From the NCBI RefSeq assembly GCF_018350175.1, contig NC_058368.1, positions 194,806,001-194,870,000 of the forward strand: DNA of 64,000 nt. Reading direction: 5' to 3'. The notes beneath the pieces are model-generated. The model had not been told where the DNA came from. It saw only the letters and a list, made by a program, of their open reading frames with translations, and did no database searches. The position numbers and the translations under genes are program-made. The DNA comes from Felis catus. Lineage: Eukaryota. Positions 51,321 through 63,406 of this stretch are shown here, piece by piece (position 1 is the stretch's first letter; every line of letters starts with the position of its first letter).

Positions 51321-53580
51321 CCTCCCTGTCCTCCAGCTTCTGGCAGCATGGTGCTAACTGAGGGGAGATCAAAGGTAGACATAAAATACAGGGGATCATA
51401 TGCATATAGGCTGTTCCCAATAGTTCACACAAAGCATGAGAATCCTGGGGCCAAAAATAAACTGCTTTTGCATTTTCCATTGTTTCGTTTTGCCGGGACA
51501 CCAACATGAAAGATTTCTTCTCAGCATGATGACAACTCCCCTTCACGGAGACAGATAATCAATCAGTAGTTGACTATGCTCAAAACAAAGTGACAGACTC
51601 AGCAGAAGAACAAAGAATGCCCATCAGGGGAGCAAGAAAAAGGAGGGGACTTGGGAACCATGTCTGTTAAGAGAAGTGATCCCTACCACCAACAGCTACA
51701 TTTCCAGGGGCGCCATTTATTACCATAACCCCCTACTTCAAACATGGAGTTCACAGTCCGGGTACCTCCATCCATCTTTCAGTTGACAAACAGCATCATA
51801 CATCTTCCTTTCACCTCTCCAAAGAGCTACAGCTGAACTAGAGCACCCCTCCCCCAGTCTCTCCCCGCCTCCTGCCTCTTCAACCTGGGCACTATTCTTC
51901 TCTAGGAGTTAAACAAAACCAAGCTGTTCCACCCAGCAGTAATAGAGCCTGACCTTCTTCTCAAAGAGCTGGGGGCTCCAACCCAGGAGGCAAGCCAGCT
52001 GGGAAGACTGAACAATGCAGTAGGCAGAAGCAAGCACATGAATATTCAAGCATGTTCAGGGGCACTGAGAGTCACTTACCCCAAAGGGAAGCCCGACCAC
52101 TCACTCGTACTCCATAAAGAGCTAAGAGGACCAGCCAGATAACACTGAGCCTTTCAGATTTCCAGCGTTGATCAGACAGAACTCTAGTGGCCAGACATTG
52201 CTCAGATTCCAGAATGGAGAGCAGGAACCATAACCAGCAGTCTCCCTCTGCTCCAATTCCTTCCCCCAGGGCTTTTCTGAAGATTAGCCCCTGAACTGCA
52301 CTATCCACATCATCTTGGGTCACCCCATCCCCCATCCTGTAAATGGAAAACTCCATGCTTATGGAAGAGGCTTCCCCAAATAAACATAGCGGGTAACTAG
52401 TGAGAACCTAACCCTCACGTCACATCCATTATACATTCCACTAGATGGACTTAGAGGTATCCAACCTTAGGGACAGAGCACCCACTGAATTTCTAGGGAA
52501 AACTTCAGAGAGATACACATCCTTCCCAGAAAAGACTCCATGGTTTTCATGACGTGCTCAGGGGAGTAGATAATGAGTATTAAAAATCATTGCCTGCCAC
52601 AGGGAGTAACTCAGGTCCCAAAGCAGAAGGAATGGCACAAAGAAGTTGGACTCAAACACCAGCTACTAGTTTTAGGGACAGAAAGAAAAACAAATAAATG
52701 AATCATAGGGGTTGGGGGAGTGGGGGGGTGGGCACTGGTTGGGCTGCCCTGAGGGAAACGAGGAGATAGGGGATATTGGTTTTGTATTCCCCCACCTAAT
52801 CTGTTAGCTTGCTATCCTTAATCTCATATTCTTCATCCCTTTTTTCACTTATCCTCCATAATCAAAATCTATCTGCACCATATCCCACATCGCAGGCTTT
52901 GAGTTCTTTTGAAAATTTGTCCACACTAAAGTATTAATGACTTACTGAGGTTTTTCTGCACATGAGTCTTCACTGCCTTAAACAAGTCAATAATATAAGA
53001 CACCATAGCAGTCTGGCTTAGGAGCCATTTGGGTAGCAAAATAAGCCTTTCAGGGATGCTCACAGATGGGAGCTAATTTCTGAAGTCAGAGCAAAGGGTA
53101 AAAACAATGCCTACTCAAACTTATCTTTGAAGAGCCCATAAACCTCTCATAAATAGAATATAGTGAACGAACGTGATCTTTTGTATCAACACTGGAAGGC
53201 AATATGTATAAGACAGCAACCATGCTATATGTCAAACTTCAAATCCTTAAACACTGACGTATCACTAGGTGTGGCAAAAAATTTTCCCAACACAAGATAC
53301 CATACAAATCAAGACCAACTGAGCCCCTGTCTTTCATGTCTTCCCATCTCATGTTTACTCCAGAACTTTCCGTCATTGGAGGGAATGGTAGGTAGGACTG
53401 CCTTTGCTATTTAAATTGTTGCTTTCTCGTGCATGCCTGTAGTTATTGTTTTGGCTGCTCTGTCTCAGAAAGGCATGTTTCTGGGTAAGACATATCTCTG
53501 CTACAATTCCACACTGACAAAGTGGGTCATAGGTTTCTGCTCACATCACTGCTGGCTCGAAGACTCACTTGTTTTTAAAA

Positions 53581-53797
53581 AAAAAAAAAAAAATTTTAAC
53601 GTTTTATTTTTGAGACAGAGAGAGACAGAGCATGAACGAGGGAGGGGCAGAGAGAGAGGGAGACACAGAATCAGAAGCAGGCTCCAGGCTCTGAGCCATC
53701 AGCCCAGAGCCCGATACGGAGCTCGAACTCACGGACCGGGAGATCGTGACCTGAGCCGAAGTCGGACGCCCAACCGACTGAGCCACCCAGGCGCCCC
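53581..53797 (-). mobile_element. Felid SINE
   Basis: Flanking duplication 'aagactcacttgtttttaaaa' 53560-53580 and 53798-53818. Confidence 0.97.
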
Positions 53798-53827
53798 AAG
53801 ACTCACTTGTTTTTAAAAGTCACCTTC

Positions 53828-54049
53828 GGGGCGCCTGGGTGGCGCAGTCGGTTAAGCGTCCGACTTCAGCCAGGTCACGATCTCGCGGTCCCTGAGTTTG
53901 AGCCCCGCGTCGGGCTCTGGGCTGATGGCTCAGAGCCTGGAGCCTGTTTCCGATTCTGTGTCTCCCTCTCTCTCTGCCCCTTCCCCGTTCATGCTCTGTC
54001 TCTCTCTGTCCCAAAAATAAATAAACGTTGAAAAAAAATAAAATAAAAT
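53828..54049 (+). mobile_element. Young felid SINE (SINEC_Fc type)
   Basis: TSD 'aaaagtcaccttcg' 53815-53828 and 54050-54063. Confidence 0.97.
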
Positions 54050-54184
54050 AAAAGTCACCTTCGTGGCCTGTCTCAATTAGTCTTTAAAGGAGAGAATTTG
54101 TCCTCTTTTACTCTCTCGTTTCTTGGAAAGGTGAATGAGTGATGAAGTCACCGAATCTGGACCTATCTGAATTTGGAGAACCTA

Positions 54185-54226
54185 GTCTACGGCCATACCA
54201 CCCTAAACATGCCTGATCTCATCCAG
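54185..54226 (+). pseudogene. RNA5S: 5S rRNA 3'-truncated (tailless) retropseudogene
   Basis: 'gtctacggccataccaccctaaacatgcctgatctcatc' matches 5S nt 1-39 (GTCTACGGCCATACCACCCTGAACGCGCCCGATCTCGTC) with transitions mostly at CpG; TSD 'atttg(g/c)agaacct' 54171-54183 and 54227-54239. Confidence 0.92.
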
Positions 54227-55549
54227 ATTTGCAGAACCTCAGTAAAAGAAAGCGTAGTGGAGTCTTGAGGTCACATCCCAGTTATGCCTTGACTCACTGG
54301 AAAAACATGGGGCAGCCTCACCCTCTCTGCCTGTCAGCATCTCTATCTACACAAGGAGGAAATTAATGCTGAGGAACCCTGATTTTCTTTCTCGTTCTGA
54401 AATTTTGTGCTTCTGGCTCCGCTCTGCCACTGGCTGGCCAACCTTGGCCAACAGCTTCCCTTACCTGGGCTCCAATTCTGACTCTTCCACTTCTGGCTAT
54501 GTGACCTCTGGTCCTATTTGACCTCTGTGATGACTCAAATTCCTCCAAGGTAATGGGGACAGAATAAAGGTCCAAGCTTCACGGAATTATGCAAGATTAA
54601 TCCACGGAAAGAGCACAAGGAGCCCATGAACAAAGTAAGTGAATAACGGAAGCCACTGTTAGGAGAAAAGGAGACCGTTGGGCCAACGGACCCATCAGTC
54701 TCCAGCTCCATTCTTCCCTGGATCCACTGCCCGTTTTCTGGTCGGTCATGTTTGCCGATTGTGGATGAGCACCAAATGTCATTGAGAATCAATCGTGTGC
54801 TCAGCCTACTCTGTAAGGAAAATTCCTGATTGTGTCAGGGGCAGCAAAGACATGTTTGCCCTGGTGTAGAATACCTTACTCAATACCTTAGGGTGGCAAT
54901 ATTATCTAGCAGGTACAACCCCACCACCAAGAACAGGAAGTTTAGATTCTAGTCACTGCCCGTCACGAAGTATGACCTAGATTACTCATTCTGGCTCTGT
55001 CATTGCCTGTGTAAGCCCTCCCAGGCAATGCACCTGAGGGGCCCAGATGAATCCTAAGTTGGGGAGAAGTTTCTCCGACCCCAGCTCACATTAGGGCTCT
55101 CCACAAAGAGCAAGGTATGGGATTTCCCACATTCTGAGGTTATCACAAATCTCTGGGATGTGCTTTGCTTGATCCTTGTGTCAGCCCTGCAGGGGAAGCA
55201 GACACACCAGTATCCCCATCACAGATGGCCCAGGGATGTGGTCACACAGGTCACAGAGCAAATTAGTGCAGCGGCAAGAAGACAAACCCCATTCTCTCTA
55301 CTCCAAATGTTCTTTTTTATTTTCCCAGCCACCAAACATAAAGGATCCTCCCCCCGCCCCCATCCTTCAGTCTAAAATACCTCAGGATCTCTATGGCGAC
55401 TGGAAATTGCCCTAATAGCCCAAGCCATGGAGTCACCCATTGCTGACATCCTCAGCTCTTGCCTGATCCCTGACCTCTGCCTCATTCTGAATCATCCCAG
55501 ATCTCTGGGAATAACGCTCTGGCCATCTCCAACCTGCCTTCTACCCCAT

Positions 55550-56260
55550 AAAAGAAGACGGGTTGAGCGATCGCCCTTGCCGGCCAGTTGTCCAGCTCCT
55601 GAAAGGTCACCCACACCCTCTGTTCTACCTTCCTCCGCCCCAGCTCGAGAGCCCCGAGGACTGCCTCAGCCGCACTGCGTCGGTCCTCTCTCGCCTTCTC
55701 CCAATCCACGCATCACCGGGAACAACAGTGCCGAGCGCTCTCGGCTGCCCAGACCAAGGGCTACAGGGCTTCCAGGCAAGGCTGGGGGTGGCAGATGGGG
55801 GCGGAGGGGACTCGGCTGTGCACCCGGCCCCAACTGCAGCCCAGCGACCCCCATCTGCGGCATCCCCGCAGCCACCCAAGCCACGCGTCCCCTCCTGCGC
55901 ACGTGCGCATCTGTCAGGGCACTGACACCCGGCTGCTCGCTAGCCCTCCGTGACCCTGATTGAGATCCAGCCCCTTCCCCCTTCCTGGATGGAAACTGGA
56001 CTCTTGGCAATAAGGGTGGGTTGGAAATGCAGCTATGCTGCAAGAAACCCAAATTTACAGAGAGAAAATTGATTCAATGCAGAAAAGGTGTGCTTTAAAC
56101 GAAGCCAGTTCCAGTTAAAATTGCGTAGCTGCAGGTTTGACGTCAACCCCCTCAGCCTCCGCCTTCCCTACGGTGCAAACTCTGCGCAATCCATCATGCC
56201 CTCTCCTCCCACCCCGGGACGTGATATCTTCACGCTATCCTCCTCTCCCTTTATCAAAGA
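55550..56260. promoter_or_regulatory. CpG-rich promoter/enhancer-like element
   Basis: About 29 CpGs in 55561-55950 of non-repeat DNA; CCAAT 55701-55705; GC boxes 55635-55640 and 55798-55804; palindrome TGCGCACGTGCGCA 55896-55909; full CRE TGACGTCA 56138-56145. Confidence 0.65.
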
Positions 56261-56754
56261 CTGCTTTCAGAAAAGACATCTCCTATCTGTCCTTTACGGC
56301 AGAGCAAGAATGTCAGTCACTGTGTCTTCTCTGCTATAAATATGTCCACGCCTCGCCTCCTGACTGTGGAACAGAAGGTTTCAGGGGCCACACAATGAGG
56401 TATGGGGGAATGACCAGGGACCCGAGAAGGAAGTATGGAGTCCTGTGCGACCTTGAAAAAGATACTTCACTTCTCTGGGCCTCAACTCTCTCATCTGACC
56501 AGTGGGCATGGTAAGATCAGAGAGAGCTATCTCGTGGGGCTGTTTCATCCGGGGAGAATTTGTTAACAAGATCCAGTGATGAGAAACCTGGGCTTAAGTC
56601 ACTCAGGCCTGAGTTTAAATACTAACTCTAGCTGTGTGACCTATAGCAAATTACTTACTCCGTCTAAGGCCAGCTTGTCCATCTGTCATACTAGGGCAAT
56701 TAAATTTTAAATGCTTCACAGGGTTGAGAGAACTAAAAAAAGACAATGGAGCCT

Positions 56755-57015
56755 GTATAATGGAGTAGTTAAAAGCACGGACTCTGTATTCAGATTATAT
56801 GGGTCTAAGCCCAGCTCTGCTATTAACTAGCTGCACGACCTTGGGAAAGTCACTTAAGCACCTCTCTGTGCTTCAGTTTGTCATCTGTAAAGTGCTACAG
56901 CGTGTACGGCCATGGACAGCTATGGGAACTCAGTGATTTAACACATATGTAAAGTATTTACAACAGTACCTGGCCCTGGAACATGATAAGCATTAATAAG
57001 CATTAGCTATTATTA
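56755..57015 (+). mobile_element. Near full-length MIR, apparently within another MIR (~56575-57090)
   Basis: 'gtagttaaaagcacggactctg...cccagctctgctattaactagctg...cagtttgtcatctgtaaa...aataagcattagctatt'. Confidence 0.85.
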
Positions 57016-58541
57016 GCATTGTTGTTTAAGTAAAGCCCTTAGTACCATTCCTAGCACATGGCAAGGACTCCATAAATGATGGCCATTACTATAATGTCCA
57101 AATATAAAACGGTTTCATCCTGTATCATCCTGCGACTGCCCCTGCCACCCTGCCATGGGAGGACTCTCTGGTCCTTAAAAATCAAAGGGACAGGGTGGGA
57201 CTGGGGCATACTTAAGACTCCAAGTGACTTGCAGGGCAGTGCTTAAGGAATGGTAGGTACACTCAGTCACGTGCCCAATACGCTGGTGGTAAAAGTAAGG
57301 CATAAGGAAGGAAGTTGAAAAGAGAGACACGGGGGCAAGAGAAGCAGCTCTGGTTTCCTCCGTGAATCCCACAGCCAGGTTGACCCTCCACTTGCATCCA
57401 CAGACCAGTGTGGCAAAATTCGCAACAGCCCTGCTGAAGGTGATGACCAGAAGACTCACTTCTGTGCAACGAGAAGAAATGCCCCTCCACGTCCCTGAAT
57501 CAGAATTTTGTGCCTTCTCTGGCCCGTCTCCTTACTTACCTATAAGGCGGTTGAGGCCCAGAGAGGGAAAGGAGCTTACCCAAGATCACACAGCTGAGTG
57601 GCAGTCAGAACTCGAACCAGGATTTCTAACCCCAAATCCAAGATATATCCACTAGGCCAGGTGCTTAGAAAGGGAAATTGTGGCACAGGGACGTGACCCA
57701 CGGGCTCTAGAACAGGTCCTCTTAAGGGGGAAAGGCCCAGGAAAGTGGTGTTTGAAACAACCAGCTGTGCACTACCCCCTTTACATGGGTGAGACAGGTT
57801 TATCTGTCCTTCACCCTCCCTGCTACTGTTTCTCAGCTTCTGTGCCCCAGTGCTTTGCAGACATGCCCTAAAGATTGTCTTGCCCACTGAATTATATGTC
57901 TCTATGCCATGCTTCCCTAAGGGGCTCCAGATGTCCATGCCATTGGTATAATTGCTGCAAGGCTCACCCGGAAAGGGGGGCAGGGGAGGGGGGCTTCAGA
58001 CACAGCTACAAGGCAAAGAAAAAGGTTATTCTGTGACTATCAAAAGATGATCTATCCCCACGTTTATGATATCTGCCTTGGCTGCTTCTTATTGGCCAGA
58101 TGGTCCTGGAGTTAATATATTTCTATCCAACAAAATACAAAAGGGAAGCAGCTATAGCCACTGCTGCTGTTGGCGCTCATACGAGCTTTTCTGCAGATGA
58201 TGTTGGGGAACGCAGCCTAAAACGTTCTGCAGCAATGACTGTCGAAATGTCCACACGAGACCCACAGGCAACACTGCCCCGACTATCTACACACCCAACT
58301 TTAGCGCCAAACCACTACCCCTCACTTCAGCACATTGTAAATTCCAGAGAGACAGATGTGGTCAATTCTCTCTGGTCCTTATGTTTTGAATGCAGATAAA
58401 ATCTAATCATTGAACAAGTCGTCGCCAAACATCACTACAGAATTCCGTAAGGATTACAAAGACAAATAAAATACAGTTCCTCCTTCTGAGGAGCTTAGAG
58501 TTTCAGACACATAATAGGTACTTATTAGAAATCAAAAAAAA

Positions 58542-58748
58542 GGGGCGCCTGGGTGGCTCAGTCGGTTGAGCGACTGACTTCAGCTCAGGTCATGATCTCA
58601 TGGTTTGTGAGTTCAAACCCCGTGTCGGACTCTGTGCTGACAGCTCAGAGCCTGGAGCCTGTTTCAGATTCTGTGTCTCCCTCTCTCTGACTCTCCCCCA
58701 CTCATGCTCTGTCTCTCTCTGTCTCAGAAATAAATAAACGTTAAAAAA
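58542..58748 (+). mobile_element. Felid SINE
   Basis: Head, CT tract, tail; 'aatcaaa' on both sides. Confidence 0.96.
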
Positions 58749-59446
58749 CAATCAAACAAAACTCTAAAATGCATCTGTTTACTAGCCTCTGATGCAGCCT
58801 TTGTCAACTTTCCACTAAAATGTTCAGAGGACAGAGGAAAACACACAAATATTCATAATGAAAAAGGAAAGAAACAAACTCTGACAGAAACGTGTACTAA
58901 ATTGTGAGGCAGCTGATGCTGCTAGAAAGAAATATACCAAAGCCTTGCCTCAAGATGCCCAGGTTTTTTTCTCATGAGACTCTAAAAAGTATCTCCCCAC
59001 CATCTGCCCTGCTCAGAGACTCAAGCAAATCACCAGTCACCTGGCTACTACACGGACGCTGCCTTTTGAGGAGGCTGGCACACAGGGCTTAGTCCATGGT
59101 GCACAGTAATCAAATATCTGCAAAATGACAGTGAGTGAACAAACCGTTCCCCGATCCCCCCTTTCTCACACCGCTACTCCTCATGCCCCGAGTTCTATAT
59201 CCTTTGAGAGACAGCAACTCTGAGGGCATGAAGCAGGGAGAGCCGGAAATGTTAAATTGCATCCTGGAACATGTCTTTCTTACACATAAAGTAATTCAAT
59301 CTAGAAAAGAAAAAATATATATATTTCTGGTAGCAATATATGCTGAAAATTGGATTTTACCTGTATTCCCTTGATTCAGAGTATCAGGGAAGAAAAGGTA
59401 GAGGGACTAGGGTGAAATGCCACCTTTGCAGAACAGAGTGTCATTA

Positions 59447-59640
59447 ATCTGAATTTCTCAGTTTGGGGCACTATTAACACCTGGAGCCACACCATTCTTT
59501 TTTGAGAGTTCCTTGTGCACTGGAGGACATGTAGCACTATCCCTGACCCCTACCCACTAGGCACCTGTAACACACACACCCCTCCAGACATTAACATCTG
59601 TCCCCTGGGAGACAAAACCACTGTCAATTGAGAAGCACTG
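59447..59640. mobile_element. MER20 (hAT-Charlie)
   Basis: 'tttctcagtttggggcactattaaca...tccagacatt...tgtcccctggga...ttgagaagcactg'. Confidence 0.75.
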
Positions 59641-60707
59641 TCCTAAATGAATGTTTAAGAAACTACAAATTGTATGGTGAGCTATTCATAGTACCTTGCC
59701 CCTGAGTTATAAAGCTGACCCATCACCACACAAATACCTCCAGACAAGAGCCAGTAGAATATTGACAAACAGAAGGTTCTAAGGTAGTTGGAAGGATAAC
59801 AAAGCGTGGAAAAGAGTTACAAGCTTTAGGGGGGAAAAAACTAATGCAGAAAAAAAAAAAAAAAAACTAATGCAGAACAACAACAACAAAAAAAAAAAAA
59901 AAAAGGAGGAAGAGGAGGAGGAGGAAGAAGATCATCCCAAAGACCCCAGAAATGATCCACTGCAAGATATAGAAGAAAATTTCAGAAAATTGTTTTGTGT
60001 CCTCGACAGAGAGCACAAAGATCTGTTGTCCATGAAAGAAGCAGGAAACCATTAGGACAGATAGGCAATATGGAAAGATAACAAATACGATATGATCCAT
60101 AAAAGGATAGAATGAAATTTAAATGGATGAGGTGTTTTTTTTAAGAGTTAGCAAAAACTAAAAATATCATCACAGAATTAAAATACACAGGTGAACAGAA
60201 TTGATAAAGCAGAAAGCCACAACAGCAATATGAGATGCTATCCCAGACTGCCAAACGAAAGGGAAAAGACAAAACCCATGAGATAATTGGAAGGAAGGGG
60301 ATAAAGGTTAATATGTAGGTAGTAAGCATTTCTAAAAATGGCACTAGAAAAAAGAAATAGAAGCAATAACCAAAGGTAAAATAAAAATTAAATGTGTTCA
60401 CATGGAAAAGACTCATGAATATATATAGACTGGAAATGTCCACTGGTTTGCAGATCAACTCAATTAAAAGTCACCCTCATATAAAAGTGTAATCTTTTTA
60501 GGAATTACATGGATAGAGACAGCAGTGCTATGTGTATGTGGTAATTTTAAAAATAAAGAAAAAAATGGGGTTCTTACAAAGGAACAAAAATCAGGTAGTT
60601 CTCATATTTCTGCTCTGAAATGAATTATGACCAAAAATTACACTCCATTTATTCTTGGTAGGCAAGGGCTCAGAAAAAAAAACATGCTATCCATGTTCAC
60701 TTCCTCT

Positions 60708-60828
60708 ATTTTTTTTTATTTTGAAAGATTTTATTTTTAAGTCATCTCTACGCCTAAAATGGGGCTCGAACTTATAACCCCAAGATCAAGAGTGTCATGC
60801 TCCACCAACTGAGCCAACCAGGTGCTCC
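60708..60828 (-). mobile_element. Short older Can-SINE
   Basis: 'ggggctcgaac...agatcaagagt...ccaactgagccaaccaggtgc'. Confidence 0.85.
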
Positions 60829-60859
60829 TGTTTCTACTTCTTTTAAAACATGGTGCTGA

Positions 60860-61465
60860 TTCATAGAGCACGTGTACCCCAATGTTTATAGCAGCTCTTT
60901 CAACAATAGCCAAATTATGGAAAGAGCCTAATGTCCATCAACTGACGAATGGATAAAGAAGATGTGGTTTATATATACAATGGAATACTACTTGGCAATG
61001 AAAAAGAATGAAATCTGGCCATTTGTAGCCACATGGATGGAACTGGAGGGTATTACACTAAGGGAAATAAGTCAGGCAGAGAAAGACAGATACCATATAT
61101 TTTCACTCATAGGTGGAACTTTAGAAGCTTAACAGAAGACATGAGGGGAAGGGAAGGGAAAAAATAGTTACAGAGAGGGAAGGAGGCAAACCATAAGAGA
61201 TTCTTAAATACAGACAACAAACTGAGTGTTGATGGTGGGGGGAAGTGGGGGAGAGGGGAAAATGGGTGATGGGCACCGAGGAGGGCACTTGTTGGGATGA
61301 GAGCTGGGTGTTGTATGTAAACAATGAATCATGAGAATCTACCCCCAAAACTAAGAACACACTATCTACACTGTATGTTAGCCAACTTGACAATAAATTA
61401 TATTTAAGAAATAAATAAAAATAAAGCTAATATAAAAGAAATAAAAAATTAAAATAAAATAAAAT
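60860..61465 (+). mobile_element. Carnivore L1 3' end
   Basis: 'ccccaatgtttatagcagc...gccaacttgacaataaa' and A-rich tail. Confidence 0.93.
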
Positions 61466-62048
61466 ATCCCTTAAAGGTATACCCCAAAGAGAAAAGAAAA
61501 GACAAGACCTCAGAAATAGAGGCCTGATGGTATAAAAAGATGGACAGTAAACATTGAAACCAGGGAATGAGAGATGAACCTCAATGATTGTTAACTCTAG
61601 ATAAAATAATGTGAAAAATTGTTATTGAATAGAATATAAAAATTACTAATATAGCATAAATAATCTAGATCTAAATCCCAAGGTTACATTAACAGAGATG
61701 TAATGTACGAGATCAGAGGTTTACTAAAAGCATACTGTTTTAAAGTTAATTTTGCTCTTAACAAAATTAGATAAATATAGAACCAACATTGCTCTCAAAA
61801 ACATTTAAAATAATCATAAATGGGATATAATTAATATAACTGTTCAAAAACACCAGGAAAAAATAACAATATATACTCTAGGAAACACAGAAAGTAATAA
61901 AACAAGAAAGTATAAAGTAACAGAAAATAAAATTTTATAAGCATTAAAAAATAAATTCAAATGAGTTTAACAATTCTCTTAAAGACAAAAACTCTCAAAA
62001 ATTTTGCCACATACAACTAAATTCCATGGTATTGAAAAGGGATGTCTC

Positions 62049-62282
62049 GGGGCGCCTGGGTGGCTCAGTCGGTTAAGTGGCCGACTTTGGCCCAGGTCAT
62101 GATCTCACGGTCCGTGAGTTCGAGCCCCACGTCGGGCTCTGTGCTGACAGCTCAGAGCCTGGAGCCTGTTTCAGATTCTGTGTCTCCCTCTCTCTGACCC
62201 TCCCCCGTTCATGCTTTGTCTCTCTCTGTCTCAAAAATAAATAAATGCTAAAAAATAAAATAAAATAAAAATTAAAAAAAAA
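62049..62282 (+). mobile_element. Felid SINE
   Basis: TSD 'aaaagggatgtctc' 62035-62048 and 62283-62296. Confidence 0.97.
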
Positions 62283-63114
62283 AAAAGGGATGTCTCTAAA
62301 CCAAGTAACACATACCCCAGAAAAGTTTAAAAATGAAAGAAATGGAGAAATACCGGACAGGCAGCTTAAGAAAAAAATCAGGATCACAATATTGTTACCA
62401 GGAAAGTAGAGCTCAAAGTTCAAACAAGAAGCCTCAAAGAAGATAAAGCAAATCATGTTATAAAGGATAAAATGCATAATGAAAAATATTAGATTTCTAT
62501 GCATCAAGAAATTTCTTTGAAACAAATTATGTTCTATAAATATTGAGGACAAAAATTAGTAGTGAGATAACTAAATACACTTAAATCTTTGACTAGGAAA
62601 GTGAACAAAAATTAGGACAAGAAGGATGTGAATAATATAAATTAATTACGTTGATTTAACAAACTGGGTATGGTACAATAAGGGAATATGGCTTCCTTCC
62701 AGCACTCAAGAAAGTCATAAAAATTGATCATTTATTAAGCCACAATGAATAGCTCAATAAGCTGCAAAACTAAATGTATAGAATGCATTCCAGATTGTAA
62801 AGCAATAAAACTAAAAACAAGAGTTTTAAGTTTTTAAAATACCAACCCCTGAGAAATTATTAACACTCTTACATGACTTGAAAAAGTGAAAGTCAAAATC
62901 ATTACTACAAATCATTTCAAAAATAGTAAAATTTGATACTTCTATATATTAAAATACATGAGATGCAGCAACCAAAGCTATACACGTATTAAAATTTATC
63001 ACTTCACATGTGTCATTGTTCAATAAGAAAAGGTGGAAATAAATAAAGCATTGAAGACAAGATGTTAGGAAAAAGAATAAACTAAGGTAAGAATAAATGT
63101 AAAAACAAAAACAA

Positions 63115-63323
63115 TGGCACCACAAGGGTGGCTCAGTCAGTGAAGTGTCCCACTCTTGATTTCAGCTCAGGACGTGATTTCAGGTTTCATGGGATCGAGC
63201 CTCACATCAAGATCTATGCTGACAGGGCAGAGCCTGCTTGGCATCCTCTCTCCCCCTCATTCAGTCTGCCCCTCCCCCACTTTCTCTCTCTCTCTCTCAA
63301 AGTAATAAACATTTTTTTAAAAA
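63115..63323 (+). mobile_element. Can-SINE (diverged)
   Basis: 'gggtggctcagtcagtgaagtgtcccactcttgatttcagctcagg'. Confidence 0.9.
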
Positions 63324-63406
63324 GCAAAAACTAATGAATTTAATTGATAAATTGACTTGATAAATTATCCAAGGGTCCATTAAAATTTTTTAAAATACTT
63401 CTGGAA

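Larger units (their letters stand above)
59700..63380 (+). mobile_element. Highly degraded old L1 (L1ME-like) fragments hosting younger insertions
   Basis: A-rich sense strand; ORF2-like remnants 'aaaattgatcatttattaagccac', 'tgagatgcagc'. Confidence 0.5.

Noticed and set aside
53828..53910. tRNA gene (A and B boxes)
   Set aside because: It is the tRNA-derived head of a SINE, followed by CT tract, tail and TSD
54185..54226. Functional 5S rRNA gene
   Set aside because: Only ~40 of ~120 nt, CpG-decayed, no internal control region or terminator
55427..56052. Overlapping 75-178 aa ORFs on both strands
   Set aside because: Expected from high GC content; no recognisable domain
59870..60055. Poly-N/K/E ORF
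   Set aside because: Translation of (CAA)n, poly-A and (GAG)n runs within a degraded L1
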